The notes under the pieces: generated by a model
Database searches by the model: none
What the model was told of the DNA's origin: nothing
The model's input: the letters and a program-made list of their open reading frames with translations, nothing else
From: Eledone cirrhosa
Taxonomy: Eukaryota
Direction of reading: 5' to 3'
Assembly (NCBI GenBank): GCA_964016885.1
Contig: OZ024757.1
Coordinates: 30,318,001-30,382,000 of the forward strand
Length of the DNA: 64,000 nt
In this document: piece by piece, positions 39,027-52,723 of the stretch
Position numbering within the stretch: the first letter of the stretch is position 1
How the letters are laid out: each line of letters begins with the position of its first letter
Translations under genes and position numbers: made by a program

Positions 39027-39132
39027 GTCTAACAATTGTTTCTCTGATTAAGTTGTCTAAAAATTGCTGAACACTAGAAGCAGTGCCACTCAATTTCAAA
39101 TATGATGCTAGCTCGATTAGATCATCAGAAAC
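39027..39132 (-). ncRNA. Hammerhead candidate with long stem II insert
   Basis: GTTT-CTGATGA-TCT..(~75 nt)..AGA-GAA-ACAATTGT-T-AGAC, palindromic stem III. Confidence 0.5.
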
Positions 39133-39327
39133 GTATTTGAAATTGAGTGGCACTGTTTCTAGTGTTCAGCAATTTTTAGACAACTTAATCAGAGAAACAA
39201 TTGTTAGACTGTAAATAAATCCCCTTTTTTGTACTGTTGACCATGTTATTCTTCCCTTTTTCAATTATATATATATATATATATAATGATATTAAATAAA
39301 TGGAAATTATATTTTTAAAACCATATT

Positions 39328-39393
39328 TATTTTATTATATATATTTCAAGGGGAACCAAGACAACATTGGTACGCTTTCATCAGATAAAATAC
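39328..39393 (-). ncRNA. Minimal type-I hammerhead ribozyme (family A)
   Basis: Inverted copy of 39671-39736. Confidence 0.8.
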
Positions 39394-39670
39394 GAAGTTT
39401 GTTTTATAAATAGAGACATACCCATGAAAATCATACCGGTTGGAAATTCACTGGATAGTGGAAATATATTAGGGATTATTCAAACTTATGTGTGAATATG
39501 TAAATAATTGAAAAACAACTGTTTATTTAAATGACACTGGAGAAAAACAGAGAGAAAAAATAAAGATAGAAAAAATTACGAGAGAGTTAGAGAGAAGAGA
39601 TAGACAAGAGAAGATGAATATAACGTTAATTTGGGGGAAATATATTCTAAGTATAAATCTAATATTATGT

Positions 39671-39736
39671 GTATTTTATCTGATGAAAGCGTACCAATGT
39701 TGTCTTGGTTACCCTTGAAATATATATAATAAAATA
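39671..39736 (+). ncRNA. Minimal type-I hammerhead ribozyme (family A)
   Basis: TATTTTAT-CTGATGA-AAGCGTACCAA..TTGGTTACCCTT-GAA-ATATATAT-A-ATAAAATA, with a perfect 8-bp stem I. Confidence 0.82.
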
Positions 39737-40600
39737 AATATGGTTTTATAAATATAGTTTCCATTTATTTAATATCATTGAATATTTACTCCAGTATACT
39801 GTCGAGTGCTCTAAATCAGTTATAAAAATTTATGTTTGTTGGACTTCCAACAAATTAAATAACACTTCTACTTATATATATATAAATATATATAATTAGA
39901 AATATAAGCTTTCACCGTATTTTTGACTAAATAAATTTTTAGCCTGATAGTGGGGTTTAGAACCCTCAGAGAAATGGAAAAAGATGAGTATTGACGTACA
40001 TGTACATCAATACTCATCTTTTTCCATTTCTCTGAGGGTTCTAAACCCCACTATCAGGCTAAAAATTTCTATTACTCACTACATTTCCGGAGTGTATTTG
40101 TTTGTGTATGATGTGTTATGGATGTATAAACAATTATGTTGATTAGTTCATTATTATTTTATTGATTGCGAAATGAAAGTTGAAGATCAGCATCAGCGTG
40201 ATTTCAAACGTTTTTTATCCAACACAAGGCCGGATATTGACTTGCTGAGGCCTTAAGCTCCATGAAATTTAACGGGTGATGTGTTGTTTCCTTGAGCAAG
40301 ACACTTTATTTCACATTGCTCTAGTTTACTCAGCTGTAGAAATGAGATGATAGGGACTGGTGTCCATATCATTCCACTGCAAAGTGGTCATGGAGGTGCC
40401 ACCTCAAAAAAGCACCCAGCACTCACTGTAAATGAGGTTGGTGTTAGGAAGGGCATCCAGCTGTAGAAATCAAGCCAGAATCAGTTCCCGTCCCACCCTT
40501 GCAAGCAGGGAAAAAGCGGACGTAAAATGAAATGATGTTGATGACGATGATATATATTATTCAAAATATTAATAAATGAAGACATTCACATAATCAAAAT

Positions 40601-40670
40601 ATGTTTTATTATATATATTTCGAAGATACTGTGCTGTTTTTTCAGTACGTCCTCGTCAGATAAAATACAT
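40601..40670 (-). ncRNA. Minimal type-I hammerhead ribozyme (family A variant)
   Basis: TTTTAT-CTGACGA-GGACGTACTG..CAGTATCTTC-GAA-ATATATAT-A-ATAAAA. Confidence 0.8.
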
Positions 40671-43126
40671 GAATTGATGTATGACATACCTCAACGGTCT
40701 TGATGGTTCAATTCCAGTATTCCCAATACTGGAATTGAACCATCAAGACCGTTGAGTTATGTCATGAGCTGATGGGTAAGATGTGAGCCTGTAAACTTGT
40801 CTTCTCCTTCGCCTTTCTTTATTTCCTTCTTCCAGTCGCTTCTAAGTGCCAACACACTTCTTGTCCTCCTCCTCTTTCAATCTTTTCTCATATTTCATCT
40901 GCCTGTCATCCACCTTATGGATTGTCTCTCTGTTGACCACTGGTTGCTGTTCTCAGGTATTTTTACCCATTGCTGTCTTTGACAGCAATTAGATGTTCTA
41001 GCAGTTGTTCTAGCGATGAGTTTTCTATGTATTCAAATATACTCTTGCTTCATTTCAATTCATTTATCATCATCATCATCGCTTAACGTCCATCTTCCAT
41101 GCTAGCATGGGTTAGACGGGATTGTCCTACTTGAGGCAAGATTGGTCGGGTGACCATGTCTCGCTTGGATAGAACTATCTGGCAGGTTTTCTACAGCTGG
41201 ATGCCCTTCCTAACACCAACCGCATTTACAGTGTGGACTGAGAGCCTTTTTACCGTGTCTCCTACACGACCACTTTACAGCGTGGACTGGGTGCTTTCTG
41301 TCGTGACACCTACATGACCACTTTACAGTGTGGACCGGATATTCTGTGGTACCAACATAACTTTACAGAGAAAGGTTGGTGTAGGTGGATGTGGGAGGAC
41401 GGAGTAGGAGTAGTAGGGTGGGGTGTATATTTGGTTAAACAGTGCCTACAGACTGTAGGTTTAACTTCCTACACAAGGGAAGGCGGGTCTTCTGCATTAC
41501 TGCGTAATATATTATATATATTTCTGCGATAAATATCATCATCATCATTTAACGTCTATCTTCCACGGTAGCATGGGTTAGATGGGAATTGTCCCACTTG
41601 AGGCAAGATTGGTCGGGGAACCGTGTCTCGCTCGTATAGGACTATCTGGCAGGTTTTCTACGGCTGGATGCCCTTCCTAACACCAACCACATTTACAGTG
41701 TGAACTGGGAGCCTTTTCCCGTGTTGCCTACATGGCCACATTACAGAGTGGACTGTGTGTTTTTTTGTCGTGACACAACCTCATTAGTTTGGACTGGATG
41801 TTGTGGTACCAACATAACTTTACATAGACAGGGTGGTTGTTATTGTGAAGGTATATCATCATCATCGATATATGTATATATTATTATAAAAGTGTGATTG
41901 TAAAGGTGTGTATGTATACATCACTGTGAAGGTATGTATATATTATTGTGAAAGTGTGTATTGATATAACAAATTCATTAATCAATACATTGGTAAGTGG
42001 GATTGATTATTGCGTGACATAGCTGTAGCAATATATTTGCGATAGTTGTGGTAGTAGTAGTGATGGTGGTGATGCTAATAGTAGTTGTGATTGTTTTAAT
42101 CAATAATTGTGATAAGTAAGGGAGGGGATTAGAGATAATGTCAATGCAAGGTATTGAGTTTCTGCTGTAAAGTGTGCAACAACTTGAAATGAGAGTACTG
42201 TATAGCAAAGAATGTTGCAACTTTAAGTGAGATTTCGTAACTTTTATGGCTATTAGTTTAGATCCTTTGTTCTGTAAACTGAAAAACTTAGGTGGATCTG
42301 TTGATGCTATATATGTAAGTATGGACACTTAACCTTTTAACATTTACATCACTCTATATTTTCTATTATATTTTCACATAATATCAAGTCTATGAGATTT
42401 TGATATTACTTATTTTGAGAACTATACCTTAACATCTGTATGAGCGGCCAGTTACAGCCAGTTTGAACAGAAAGAGGTGAGAGAATTCTGGCCGGATATG
42501 GCCGGTTTAAATGCTAAGGGGTTAAATGACATTTTGTGACTTTTATGGGTATTAGATTAGGTTCTTTGTTCTGTAAACTGAAAAATTTAGGTGTTGGGGA
42601 AGGGCTTAGGTGGAACTGTTGATGCTATATATGTATGTATGTAGGGACACTTGAACTCCCAATGAAGTTGTAGGAGCACCGTAGAGACATGCGGTGTCCC
42701 TTGGCCATTTTAAAAAACTTGAAACCTGTTGGAGCCCATCCCCTTATTAGGAGAAAGAATCAACCCAGCACTGGAGTGGTACTACATTTTTTATTATTGA
42801 GGATGAAAGGTAAAGTTGACCTCAGTAAGCTTTTAACTCACCCGGGTTCTATGTTGCCAAAAAAACCCCCAAAACATTTATTTACTTTAAAGTTTTTATA
42901 TTTATCTAAACACATTCCATCATAATTTTATGTAAGTTACATTACTCTATATTTACTATTATCTTTTCACAGTAAAGGCTTTATCTCACATTTTGAATTC
43001 CCTTCAAATCCTTGATTATTTTCCAAATTATTTGAAAATCATAGGCAGCGTCTTTCGTTAGAAATATGCTAATGAAATACTTATTTATTGCTATCACATC
43101 ACATCCAATTCATTGTATTGTAGTTT

Positions 43127-43359
43127 CAATAGCAGAGTCTCTGTAAATGTCATCAGGTTAGGAGAGCTTGCGCCCCCTGTTTTTAGTGACTGCTTGTGGT
43201 TTCCAGAGCACTAGAGGGGACACAGCCTCAGAGGTGGCACGATGGCAGTGGCCAGCAAATCTTACTCTCCTTTTACGTACAACGACAGTTGGCAATGGAA
43301 TGAACAACAGACCTACGTGGAGATGAATTGTTGAGTCAATTTCGGGCGAGGCCGCTGGA
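43127..43359 (-). mobile_element. RTE LINE internal fragment between 13-bp direct repeats
   Basis: RRVRFAGHCHR..LVLWKP..RGR. TGTATTGTAGTTT at 43114-43126 and 43360-43372. Confidence 0.75.
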
Positions 43360-44009
43360 TGTATTGTAGTTTTCTGCTTACATGTTTCATTTCACTTCAC
43401 TTCATTTTCATTTCTTTCAGCATGGCTACACCCCAATGGCATCTGACTACTGTGGTTATTCACTGTTAACCTGCTCTGCACCTTAACGAGGAATGATCTG
43501 ATTGCTAACAAACTTTCTCACACTCTTCATCTTCATTTTCTGATTCACCTACATTTTCAGGTACAGCACTTTGTAATTGTTGCTTTTTATTTTGTTTTAT
43601 ACACTAACATGTTCTAAAAGGCGAGGAATTAACAGTCATAGGATCTAGAATAGACTGCTTTGTGGGATGTATTCTACTTCTCTGCACTCTGTGTTCAAAA
43701 TTTTGCCTTGCTTCCTTTCAAGGTTGATAAATTCTCAATTGAATATTTGGGTCAAACCTCTCTTTCTCTCTCTCTCAATTGGCTGTGTTCAGAATGGGTT
43801 ATACCAGATTTAAATCTCCTAGATATGTCATATGTAACAATAATGATTCCATCAGGAGTTACTGATTTATGGCTAGATAGGTAGATGTTATTGTTTAGCT
43901 CCAAGTCAAGCCCTGGTAGAGATGATCTGCCATCAAGTTAGTGTATAAAGTCTTTCCACCAGTAACAACAATGGAGCTAAAGGCAAGCGAGGCACTGTCC
44001 ACCAGAGCA

Positions 44010-44285
44010 GATATAAACTATGCAGTGTGGAAATGCCTGGTGTTAGACATGCAAAAGTCAATCTTGCAAAATGGGAATATTTAAAGGATGGGGACGTTGT
44101 GTGTGACTGCGGCATCAAACCAAAGACTATGTGGCACCTCCTGATATGCCCCTTGCGTGAACACCCCTGCACAGCATTGGACTTGGCAGAGTTTATAGAG
44201 AAAGGACAACAATGTGTTCAGTTGTGGCGGAACCACATCTAACCAAGCTTTGTAACTGACACTCTTGTGGACACGGCAAGAAGAA
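44010..44285 (+). mobile_element. Non-LTR retrotransposon C-terminal zinc-finger fragment
   Basis: GVRHAKVNLAKWEY...CDCG..TMWHLLICP. Confidence 0.7.
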
Positions 44286-44369
44286 TTCACTTGACATAGT
44301 TTTCTACAATCAACTTGTATCAAAATATTCTGAAACACTTTACATGGATTTTCTTTCAACCCCATAATT

Positions 44370-44655
44370 GTGGTGAAGTGGGGCTGTATTTATTGTATGG
44401 AGTGGTTAAATGTAGAGGGATATATTTATGGTATGGTGTGGTTAAATGTAGGGACTGTATTTATGGTATGAGGGGGCTAAATGTGGGAACCTATATTTGT
44501 CATTTGGTGTGGTTAAATATAGGGGCCGTATTTGTGGTATGATGGAGCTAGATATGAGGGCAATATTTGTGATATGGTGGGGTTAGGTCTGTATTTGCAG
44601 TATGGTGGGGTGTGGTATATATTTGTGGTATGGTAGGATGTGGTATGGTGGGATT
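44370..44655. repeat. ~35-bp G/T-rich minisatellite
   Basis: GTATTTGTGGTATGGTGGGGTTAAATGT units. Confidence 0.75.
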
Positions 44656-46419
44656 AACCCTTTAGCATATACATTACTTTATATTTACTATTATCTTTTC
44701 ATGATAAAGGCTTCACCTCACATAATATCAAATCTATGAGATTTTGATATTATTTATTTTGGGAACAAATAAATAACAATACCTTAACATCAATATGAGT
44801 GGCTGGTTACAGCTGGTTTGAACAGAAAGAGGTGAGAGAATTCTGGCTGGATTCGGCCTGTTTAAATTCTAAAGGGTTAAATCATCATCATCATCACATT
44901 GATTTTTCCATATTGGCATGGGTTGCTTGGTATAGAAAATCAAACTGACAACCTTATAATCGTGAGCTGAATATCCTAACCACTAGGCCTTCACTTCCTC
45001 TTTGTCTTGACACAATGTTGTTCCAGCTGTTGTTGCTTAGAATAGATGCCTTTACAATGAATGGCCAATGCTATTTGGCATGTATGCATATGAATATGAT
45101 CTATCTGTTGAAGGCATGTCAAGAATTAATTTAACTGCCTGCCAGCACTATTATAAATTACTCTTTTCTCAAACATCCCATAATGAAATTTACACTATTT
45201 ACCTATGTAGGTTTAGCTGAGCTTAGTGGGATATTTTATTTAACTACTTTCATTTTTCAAAACAATCTGGTCTCTAGAACGGAACATGGCTACACGAGTT
45301 GTTGTTGCTTCCATATGTCAGTGACACAAAATTGCTTTTACACAGAAATACCCTTGGATAGATGAGATATAGAATGGAGTGGGCAGTTGCGTATTATACA
45401 TTGGTTGAGTGACAAGGTGTGTCATGAGCTGGTGACAAGGTGTATCATGAGCTGCTTTGTAGAAGGCATATTTTGGGCATTTTAACCTTTCAACATTTAC
45501 TAATATATTTACTAATATATTTACTATTTATCTCGCATAATTATCTCGCACAATATCGAATGTACGAGATTTTGATGTTATTTAATTTGAGAACATACCT
45601 TAACATCAGTATGAGCAACCAGTCACAACTAGTTTAAACAGAAAGAGGTGAAAGAATTCTGGCAGGTTATGGACAGTTTGAATAGAAAGAGGTGAGAGAA
45701 TTCTGGCCAGATACGGCTGGTTTATATTTAATTTGAGAATATACCTTAACATCCTAACATTTGAGCAGCCGGATATGGCTGATTTATATGCTAAAGGGTT
45801 AAACCTAGCTGAATCCAGCCTTCTCCGTGTCTGAACACAGCCAATTTTTTTTTGTGTGATAGGTAACAGAGACTGAGATTTAACCCCAATACTGGACTAG
45901 TACTTCAACAACCCCCATAGGATAAAACGTAAAATAGTTTAAACTTGGAGTGAAGTGAGCTGAAACAAATAACTTTTTTGTGAAACAGAGTGGAAATATA
46001 TTATGAGCAAACCTCAGTTGTTCAGAAATAATTAGATGCATAAGAATAATAATGAAGGCTTGGGGAAATAAGAAATGAGTAGTTTGGCAGGGATGTGTCT
46101 AAACTTGAATTGTATAACTTGAAATTGTAAAAGATGAAATTGGATTTGTTTTTCAAATTTACCATTTCACTGAGTGGTTGAAAGGAACATTTCTTTGGGG
46201 AATTATTATCTTGAGTCTAAACTTTTTTTTCTTTATTTCTATAATTTTATTATATTTGTTTCACACACACACACACACATATACATTACACCTACGCTAC
46301 CCCCCCCCCCCATATATATATATATATATATATATATTTAAGCAGGGAAAAAGCGGACGTAAAATGAAATGATATGTGTTGGCAAATTCAGCACCCAATA
46401 TCTTTTTCGCCTAACTCTC

Positions 46420-47178
46420 CTGCTTAACGACATAGTTTTGGTGACAAATACAGTGAAGGAGGCAGAGGATTTGATGCAGGAGGTTGAGACTGTGTTGATG
46501 AGTGTGGGGCTGAGAATGAATGAGACTAAAACAAAATATCTGGTAGAGAATGTTGAGAAGCCAGAGGGGATCACTAATGTAGGTGGGAAGCCGTTAGAAT
46601 TGGTTGAGGACTTCCTGTATTTGGGAGCAAAGATTGGGAATACAGAAGATGATGTGATTGAGAGGAAGAGCAAAGCCTGGGCGGCGTGCCACAGCTTGAG
46701 ATCGGTGTGGAAGTCGGACCTTCGTAGAGACCTGAAAATCCGCCTCTTCATTGCTTTAGTGGAGTCTGTGCTGCTGTACGAGTCTGAGACTTGGACACTG
46801 ACCAAGAAACTCACTCAGATGGTGGATGGGTGCTACATGAGAATGCTGAGGATGGCTCTGAACATTAATCAGTATACACTGAGGATGATAAACTCAGAGC
46901 TGTATGGGAGCATCCCAAAAGTCAGCTCAAAAGTGACACAGAGGAGACTGGGGTTAGCTGGACATGCTCACCGACATCCAGAGTTGACATTGCACTCAGT
47001 GCTCCTGTGGGAGCCTCTACATGGACACACTGGAAGAGGAAGACCAAAGTTAACGTATGTTGATGCCCTAAGGACAGACACTGGTCTGTTGGAGATGCAG
47101 GACATGGCAGCGATAATGAGGGACAGAGACCGCTGGAGAGAACTCGTCCATGGATCTCTGGAATTTGACCCGCCCTAG
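46420..47178 (+). mobile_element. 5'-truncated RTE-clade LINE (RT C-terminus)
   Basis: GLRMNETKTK, DFLYLG, ESVLLYESETWTL, RRLGLAGH, GRGRP. Confidence 0.9.
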
Positions 47179-47834
47179 AATAGAAAAAAAAAAATATATG
47201 TATGTATATGTATATATATGTGTGTGTATATGTATATATATATTTATATGTGTATATATCATCATCATCATCATCACTGTTTTACGTCCGTTCTTCCACG
47301 CTAGCATGGGTTAGACGGGTTGTCCTGTTGTGGGCAGTGTCTGGTCGGCTGACCATGCCTTGCTCACACAGGAACTGATCTGGCTTGATTTCTACAGCTG
47401 GATGCCCTTCCTAACACCAACCTGATTTACAGTGAGTGCTGGGTGCTTTTTCGTGGCGCCTACACATCCACTTTACAGTGTGGGCTGGGTGCTTTTTTGC
47501 CGTGGCACCTCCACGACCACCTTGCGGTGGGGGGGGTGGGGGCATATTGTCTATATGCTTCAGCTTGTACCCATGGGAGGTCGGGTACTCTGTATTACTG
47601 CGTGACGCCAGAAGTCACGGTCGTGTGTCATTGCCTTTGAGAGGTGTAATTGGGTAAGGTCGGCTTTTATATGTGTATATATATATGTGTATATATATAT
47701 GTGTATATATATATGTGTATATATATATGTGTATATATATATGTATATATATATATATATGTATATATATATGTTGATATATATATATGTATATATATAT
47801 GTTGATGAGTAGAAAAGATGTATATATATATGCT

Positions 47835-48650
47835 GATTCCGTCAGGGAAATGGCCATGTTCGATATGCAGAAAAGGAACTGGCATAAATTCTATAAAATG
47901 CACACAATGCAGATCCTGGGTACACAAGAGATGTAGCGGGATAGCAGGCAAACTAACAGGGAGGGAGAAATATGTATGCAGTAGATGTACAGGGAAATAG
48001 AAGTCGCAAGAGGGCGCTATAGAAGTGGTGGATAGCTTCCGGTACCTACGAGATCAGATTAGCATGGGAGGAGGGTGTTCCAAGGCCATAGTATCTAGAA
48101 TAAGGACGGTTTGGAAGAAGTTTAGGGAGCTGCTTCTTCTGTTGACGAAGAAGGGTTTCTCCCTGCGTACGAAAGGCCGGTTGTATGATGCCTGTGTTAG
48201 GAGCGCGATGCTGCATGGTAGTGAGACATGGGCAGCAACTGCAGAGGATATGCGACGGCTGGAGAGAAATGAGGCAAGCATGCTCCGTTGGATGTGCAGT
48301 GTCAATGTGCGTGAACGACCCAGCATAAATGTGTTGAGAGAGAAACTGTCTGAGAGGGATAGAATGTAGTGTACCGGAGAGGAGACTGAGGTGGTATGGA
48401 CATGTGATGCGCATGGAGGATGACCGATGGGTGAAGAAGTGCCAGGAATTGCCAGTTGAAAGAAGACGTGGTAGAGGTAGACCACGAAAAACATGGGCGG
48501 AGGTGGTGAGAACAGACCTCAGATCATTGAAGCTCAAGGTGGAGATGACGAGGGACCGTGACGAGTGGATAGATGCTGTGCTGAATAAGACCCGTCCCAC
48601 CCTTGCAAGCAGGGAAAAGCGGACGTAAAACGATGATGATGATGATGATG
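47835..48650 (+). mobile_element. RTE-type LINE 3' fragment with PHD-like finger and (GAT)n tail
   Basis: [42 protein letters not shown]. Frameshifted. Confidence 0.9.
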
Positions 48651-48671
48651 ATATATATATATGTGTATATA

Positions 48672-48708
<37 letters not shown>

Positions 48709-50266
48709 ATATATATATATGTATATATATATATGTGTGTATATATATGTGTGTATATATATATATGTGCGTATACATATATATGTGTATATATATATAT
48801 GTGTATATATATATATGTATATATATATATGTATATATATATATGTATATGTATATATATATATGTGTATATATAACTATGTATATATATATATATACAT
48901 ATATATACATATATATATACATATATACATATATATATATATACATATATATGTGTATATATATATATGTATATATATGTGTGTGTATATATATGTGTGT
49001 ATATATATACTAGCATAGTATCTGTCAAAAATATCAAGCTTTATAGTAAACTAGCAGAATGGCCTGGCATTGCTCGAGATTCTAAACATAGATTGCCATG
49101 TTTATCCCTCCTTTCTGAAACAATATTTGCTCTAGGGTTCTTATATATTTTATATATATTTATCCTTATCAAGCCTCGTGAAATAACTACATTTGTTTAT
49201 ATTTTGTTATTGTGTATGCAAAAATATCTGTACACGAATATATATATATATATATATTAAAATAACAGATTAAAGTTTAAGCAAAGAATCGCTGCTATCA
49301 CCCTTAACGGGATCTTCTGAAACTAAAAAAAAATAAATCTGTGAACACAGAAGTAAATATTTCGAAAAACGTTACACACTTTATATATATATATATATAC
49401 ACACACACTATATATACATATATACACACACACACTATATATACATATATACACACACACAGATAGCGAAGTCAATGTTTTCACAATGTCGTAATGCAGA
49501 CAGCCAGACATACAGACAGATATTATAAGGGCGCAACGTTATAACTATGTATCTATCTAAATGACTAAGAAAGAGGACCATAAGTATTACATGTGTAAAG
49601 TTTGAAAAAAATCGGTTGGGTGGTTCTCGGGTTTTAGGGAGACAGACAGACAGACATTCTCTGTTTTAGATATATATAGATAATATTTTATTTAATAATT
49701 CCTCGATTATAACATTCTATGTAAAGATCCTTGAATTTCTCCTACCTGTCACCCCGGTCATTGCTGTATTTCGTTTTGCATTTGTTTAAATCAATTACAA
49801 TAATTTTCTTGCATATTTTCATTAATCATCATCAAACATATATTTGCTAAATTACGATGACGTTGTTCTATCTATCTGTCTATCTTTGGACTGCAATTGG
49901 GATTTGTACTTTGTTGTTATTGTTGTCTTGTCCAAAGTTAGATACATTGGTAAAGATACATTGGTGAATATACAGACACATAGGCAGTTAGATAGGTAGG
50001 TAGATAGATAGGCATTATTCATGACCCGAGAGAAGGTAAATAGATAGCTGAATAAATGTTGTTCTTTTTATTACCTGAAATGAGGAAGATGGCGAAGTCA
50101 GGAAGAAGATATCAAATTGCCATTTCCCAAATAAATCCAACACAAAGTGGTCAACTTGCATTCTATTATAGATAAATATACACACAGATACATACGCATA
50201 TAAATGTGTGTGGTGTGTACCACACACATTTATATAAACTTTTATCACTTTTCTATTTTCCACCAG

Positions 50267-50349
50267 CAATGTGTTCACAAAAAGGTATACTTGGCTTAAT
50301 TGTCAAGGATTTATTGAAGTCCTGTACCAGAAGTTGTCTTAATTACCAG
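50267..50349 (+). CDS. Putative internal exon of the unidentified plus-strand gene
   Basis: Pyrimidine tract plus ccAG, CAG|GTAAGT donor, single open frame MCSQKGILGLIVKDLLKSCTRSCLNYQ. Confidence 0.45.
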
Positions 50350-50497
50350 GTAAGTCTCTCTCTCTATATATCCCCTGATTACTTTTTACCTTTCAGACAA
50401 ATGTTACATCTCTGAGTTTGTTAGTTTAAGTTTAGTAGAAGAGTAGTTCCAATTAACTTGTTCACGAATGTATTTCTAATGAGATAGTATTTCTAAT

Positions 50498-51052
50498 GAG
50501 GCCATAGTATCTAGAATAAGGACGGGTTGGAAGAAGTTTAGGGAGCTGCTGACGAAGAAGGGTTTCTCCCTGCGTACGAAAGGCCGGTTATATGATGCCT
50601 GTGTGAGGAGCGTGATGCTGCATGGTAGTGAGACATGGGCAGCAACTACAGAGGATATGCGATGGCTGGAGAGAAATGAGGCAAGCTTGCTCCTTTGGAT
50701 GTGTAGTGTCAATGTGCGTGAACGACACAGCATGAATGTGTTGAGAGAGAAACTGCGTCTGAGAGGGATAGAATGTAGTGTACGGGAGAGGAGACTGAGG
50801 TGGTATGGACATATGATGCGCATGGAGGATGACCGATGGGTGAAGAAGTGCCAGGAAATGCCAGTTGAAGGAAGACGTGGTAGAGGTAGACCACGAAAAA
50901 CATGGGCGGAGGTGGTGAGAACAGACCTCAGATCGCTGAAGCTCACGGTGGAGATGACGAAGGACCGTGACAAGTGGAGAGATGCTGTGCTGAATAAGAC
51001 CCGTCCCACCCTTGCAAGCATGGAAAAGCGGACGTAAAATGATGATGATGAT
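50498..51052 (+). mobile_element. Second copy of the same RTE LINE 3' end
   Basis: Near-identical to 48083-48650, with a (GAT)n tail. Confidence 0.9.
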
Positions 51053-51784
51053 ATTCTTTATTTCAATTAATTAGTGAAGATTTTTGAAGGATTTACAAAA
51101 ATTATTATTTTATTACTTAGATAATAATCTAACATATGGTTCTTATATGGAACTACAGTGAAAGAACAATGAAAAAACAATGATGTCTCCAATTGAAAGG
51201 AAGCAAGAGTGTATTTAAATGAAGAAAAAATGAGAAAACTCATCCGCTAGAACAGCCGTTAAAATAGCTAAATGCTGTCTAAGACAGCTCAGGCAAAAAT
51301 GCCTCAGAGGACAGAGACCAGCAGCCAATGGTCAACAAAGAAATAATTCACAAGGTGGGTGACAGGCAGATGAAATATAAAAAAAGATTGAAAGAGGAGG
51401 ACAAGGAAAAGTGTGCTGGTGCACAGGAGTGACTGGAAGAGGAAATAAAGAAAGGCGATGTACAAGTTTACACACACACTTCTTCACTGTTTCTGACAGC
51501 ATTTAGCTGTTTTAACAGCTGTTCTAGCGATGAGTTTTCTCATTTTTTTAGGTTTTAAAATAGGAACCCTTTAAAGTGGTTGGTTTTGTTTTATAGAACA
51601 AAAACCAATTTTAGTAGGGTTGGTATCAAAAAGGTTAATGAAGAACTTTGAGGGATTTACTAAATTTATTATTTCTTTCTTAAGATAGTAACTTAACGCA
51701 TGGTTCTTTTGTAACATCTATAAATGTTTGAAAGTAAAAAGTAATACTGATTTTTGTTTCTTTTATTTTTTCTCTCCAAACAAG

Positions 51785-51811
51785 ATGGATTTAAAACTGA
51801 AAGCTGCCTCA
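51785..51811 (+). CDS. Putative 27-nt micro-exon
   Basis: Long T/C tract plus AAG, ATGGATTTAAAACTGAAAGCTGCCTCA, GTAAGT donor. Confidence 0.35.
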
Positions 51812-52723
51812 GTAAGTATCAATAAATTTTCTTATTGGCTTTATTTTAGTCGAAGATTTGTTATTCAAGAGCACTAAATACAGGGAGTCTCATTTATCGG
51901 TGGCACTTTGGTGGATTATTTAGAGTTTTAATAATTTTTTTTCCATCCACCCATCTATTAAAGTTTTGTGTTAACGTAAAATTGTTTCTATGAGAAGGCT
52001 CTTTAGTAAATTATTAGCTCTTAATGTCCTGTACCATATGAAACCACATTAGCAAGACATTCTTGAAAAGTACAAAACTGCACAATGATTGCATCACATT
52101 AACCCTTTAGCATTTAAACCGGCTATATCCGGCCAGAATTCTCTCACTTCTTTCTGTTCAAACCAGCTGTAACGGGCTTCTCATACTGATGTTAAGGTAT
52201 TGTTCTCAAAATAAATAACATCAAAATCTCATAGATTCGATATTATGTGAGATAATTCATCATCATCATCGTTTTACATCCGTTCTTCCATGCTAGCATG
52301 GGTTAGACAGGTTGTCCTGTTGTGAGCAGTGTCCGGTTGGCTGACCTTGTTTTGCTCATACGGGAACTGATACTGGCTTGATTTCTACATCTGGATGCCC
52401 TCCCTAACACCAACCTCATTTACAGTGAGTGCTGGGTGCTTTTTTACCGTGGCACCTCCACGACCACTTTGCAGTGGAATGATAGGGACTCCAGTCCTAT
52501 CATCTCATTTCTACAGCTGAGTAAATTGGAGCAATGTGCAATAAAGTGTCTTGCTCAAGGAAACAACACATCACCCAGTCTGAGAATTGAACTCACAACC
52601 TTTCGATTGCAAACCCAATGCTCTAACCATTAAGCCATGTGCCTTCATTATGTGAGATAAGGCCTTTACCATGAAAATGTAATAGTATATATAGAGTAAT
52701 GTAAATATTAAAGGGTTACAAAT

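Noticed and set aside
39943-39976. CTGATAG/CTGATAA-hairpin-GAGAAA in the tRNA-bearing unit
   Set aside because: G8 is not conserved and there is no helix III or NUH site, so it is not called a ribozyme.
43170-43250. Cluster of CTCF-like motifs (GCGCCCCCTG, ACTAGAGGG, AGGTGGCA)
   Set aside because: The matches are imperfect and are explained by RTE coding sequence on the minus strand.
45183-45410. Possible exon of the plus-strand gene
   Set aside because: All frames reach a stop before a convincing donor.
48524-49037. Long Y/I/H/V-rich ORFs
   Set aside because: Translations of (TA/TG)n microsatellite. The same applies to most short ORFs in the track.
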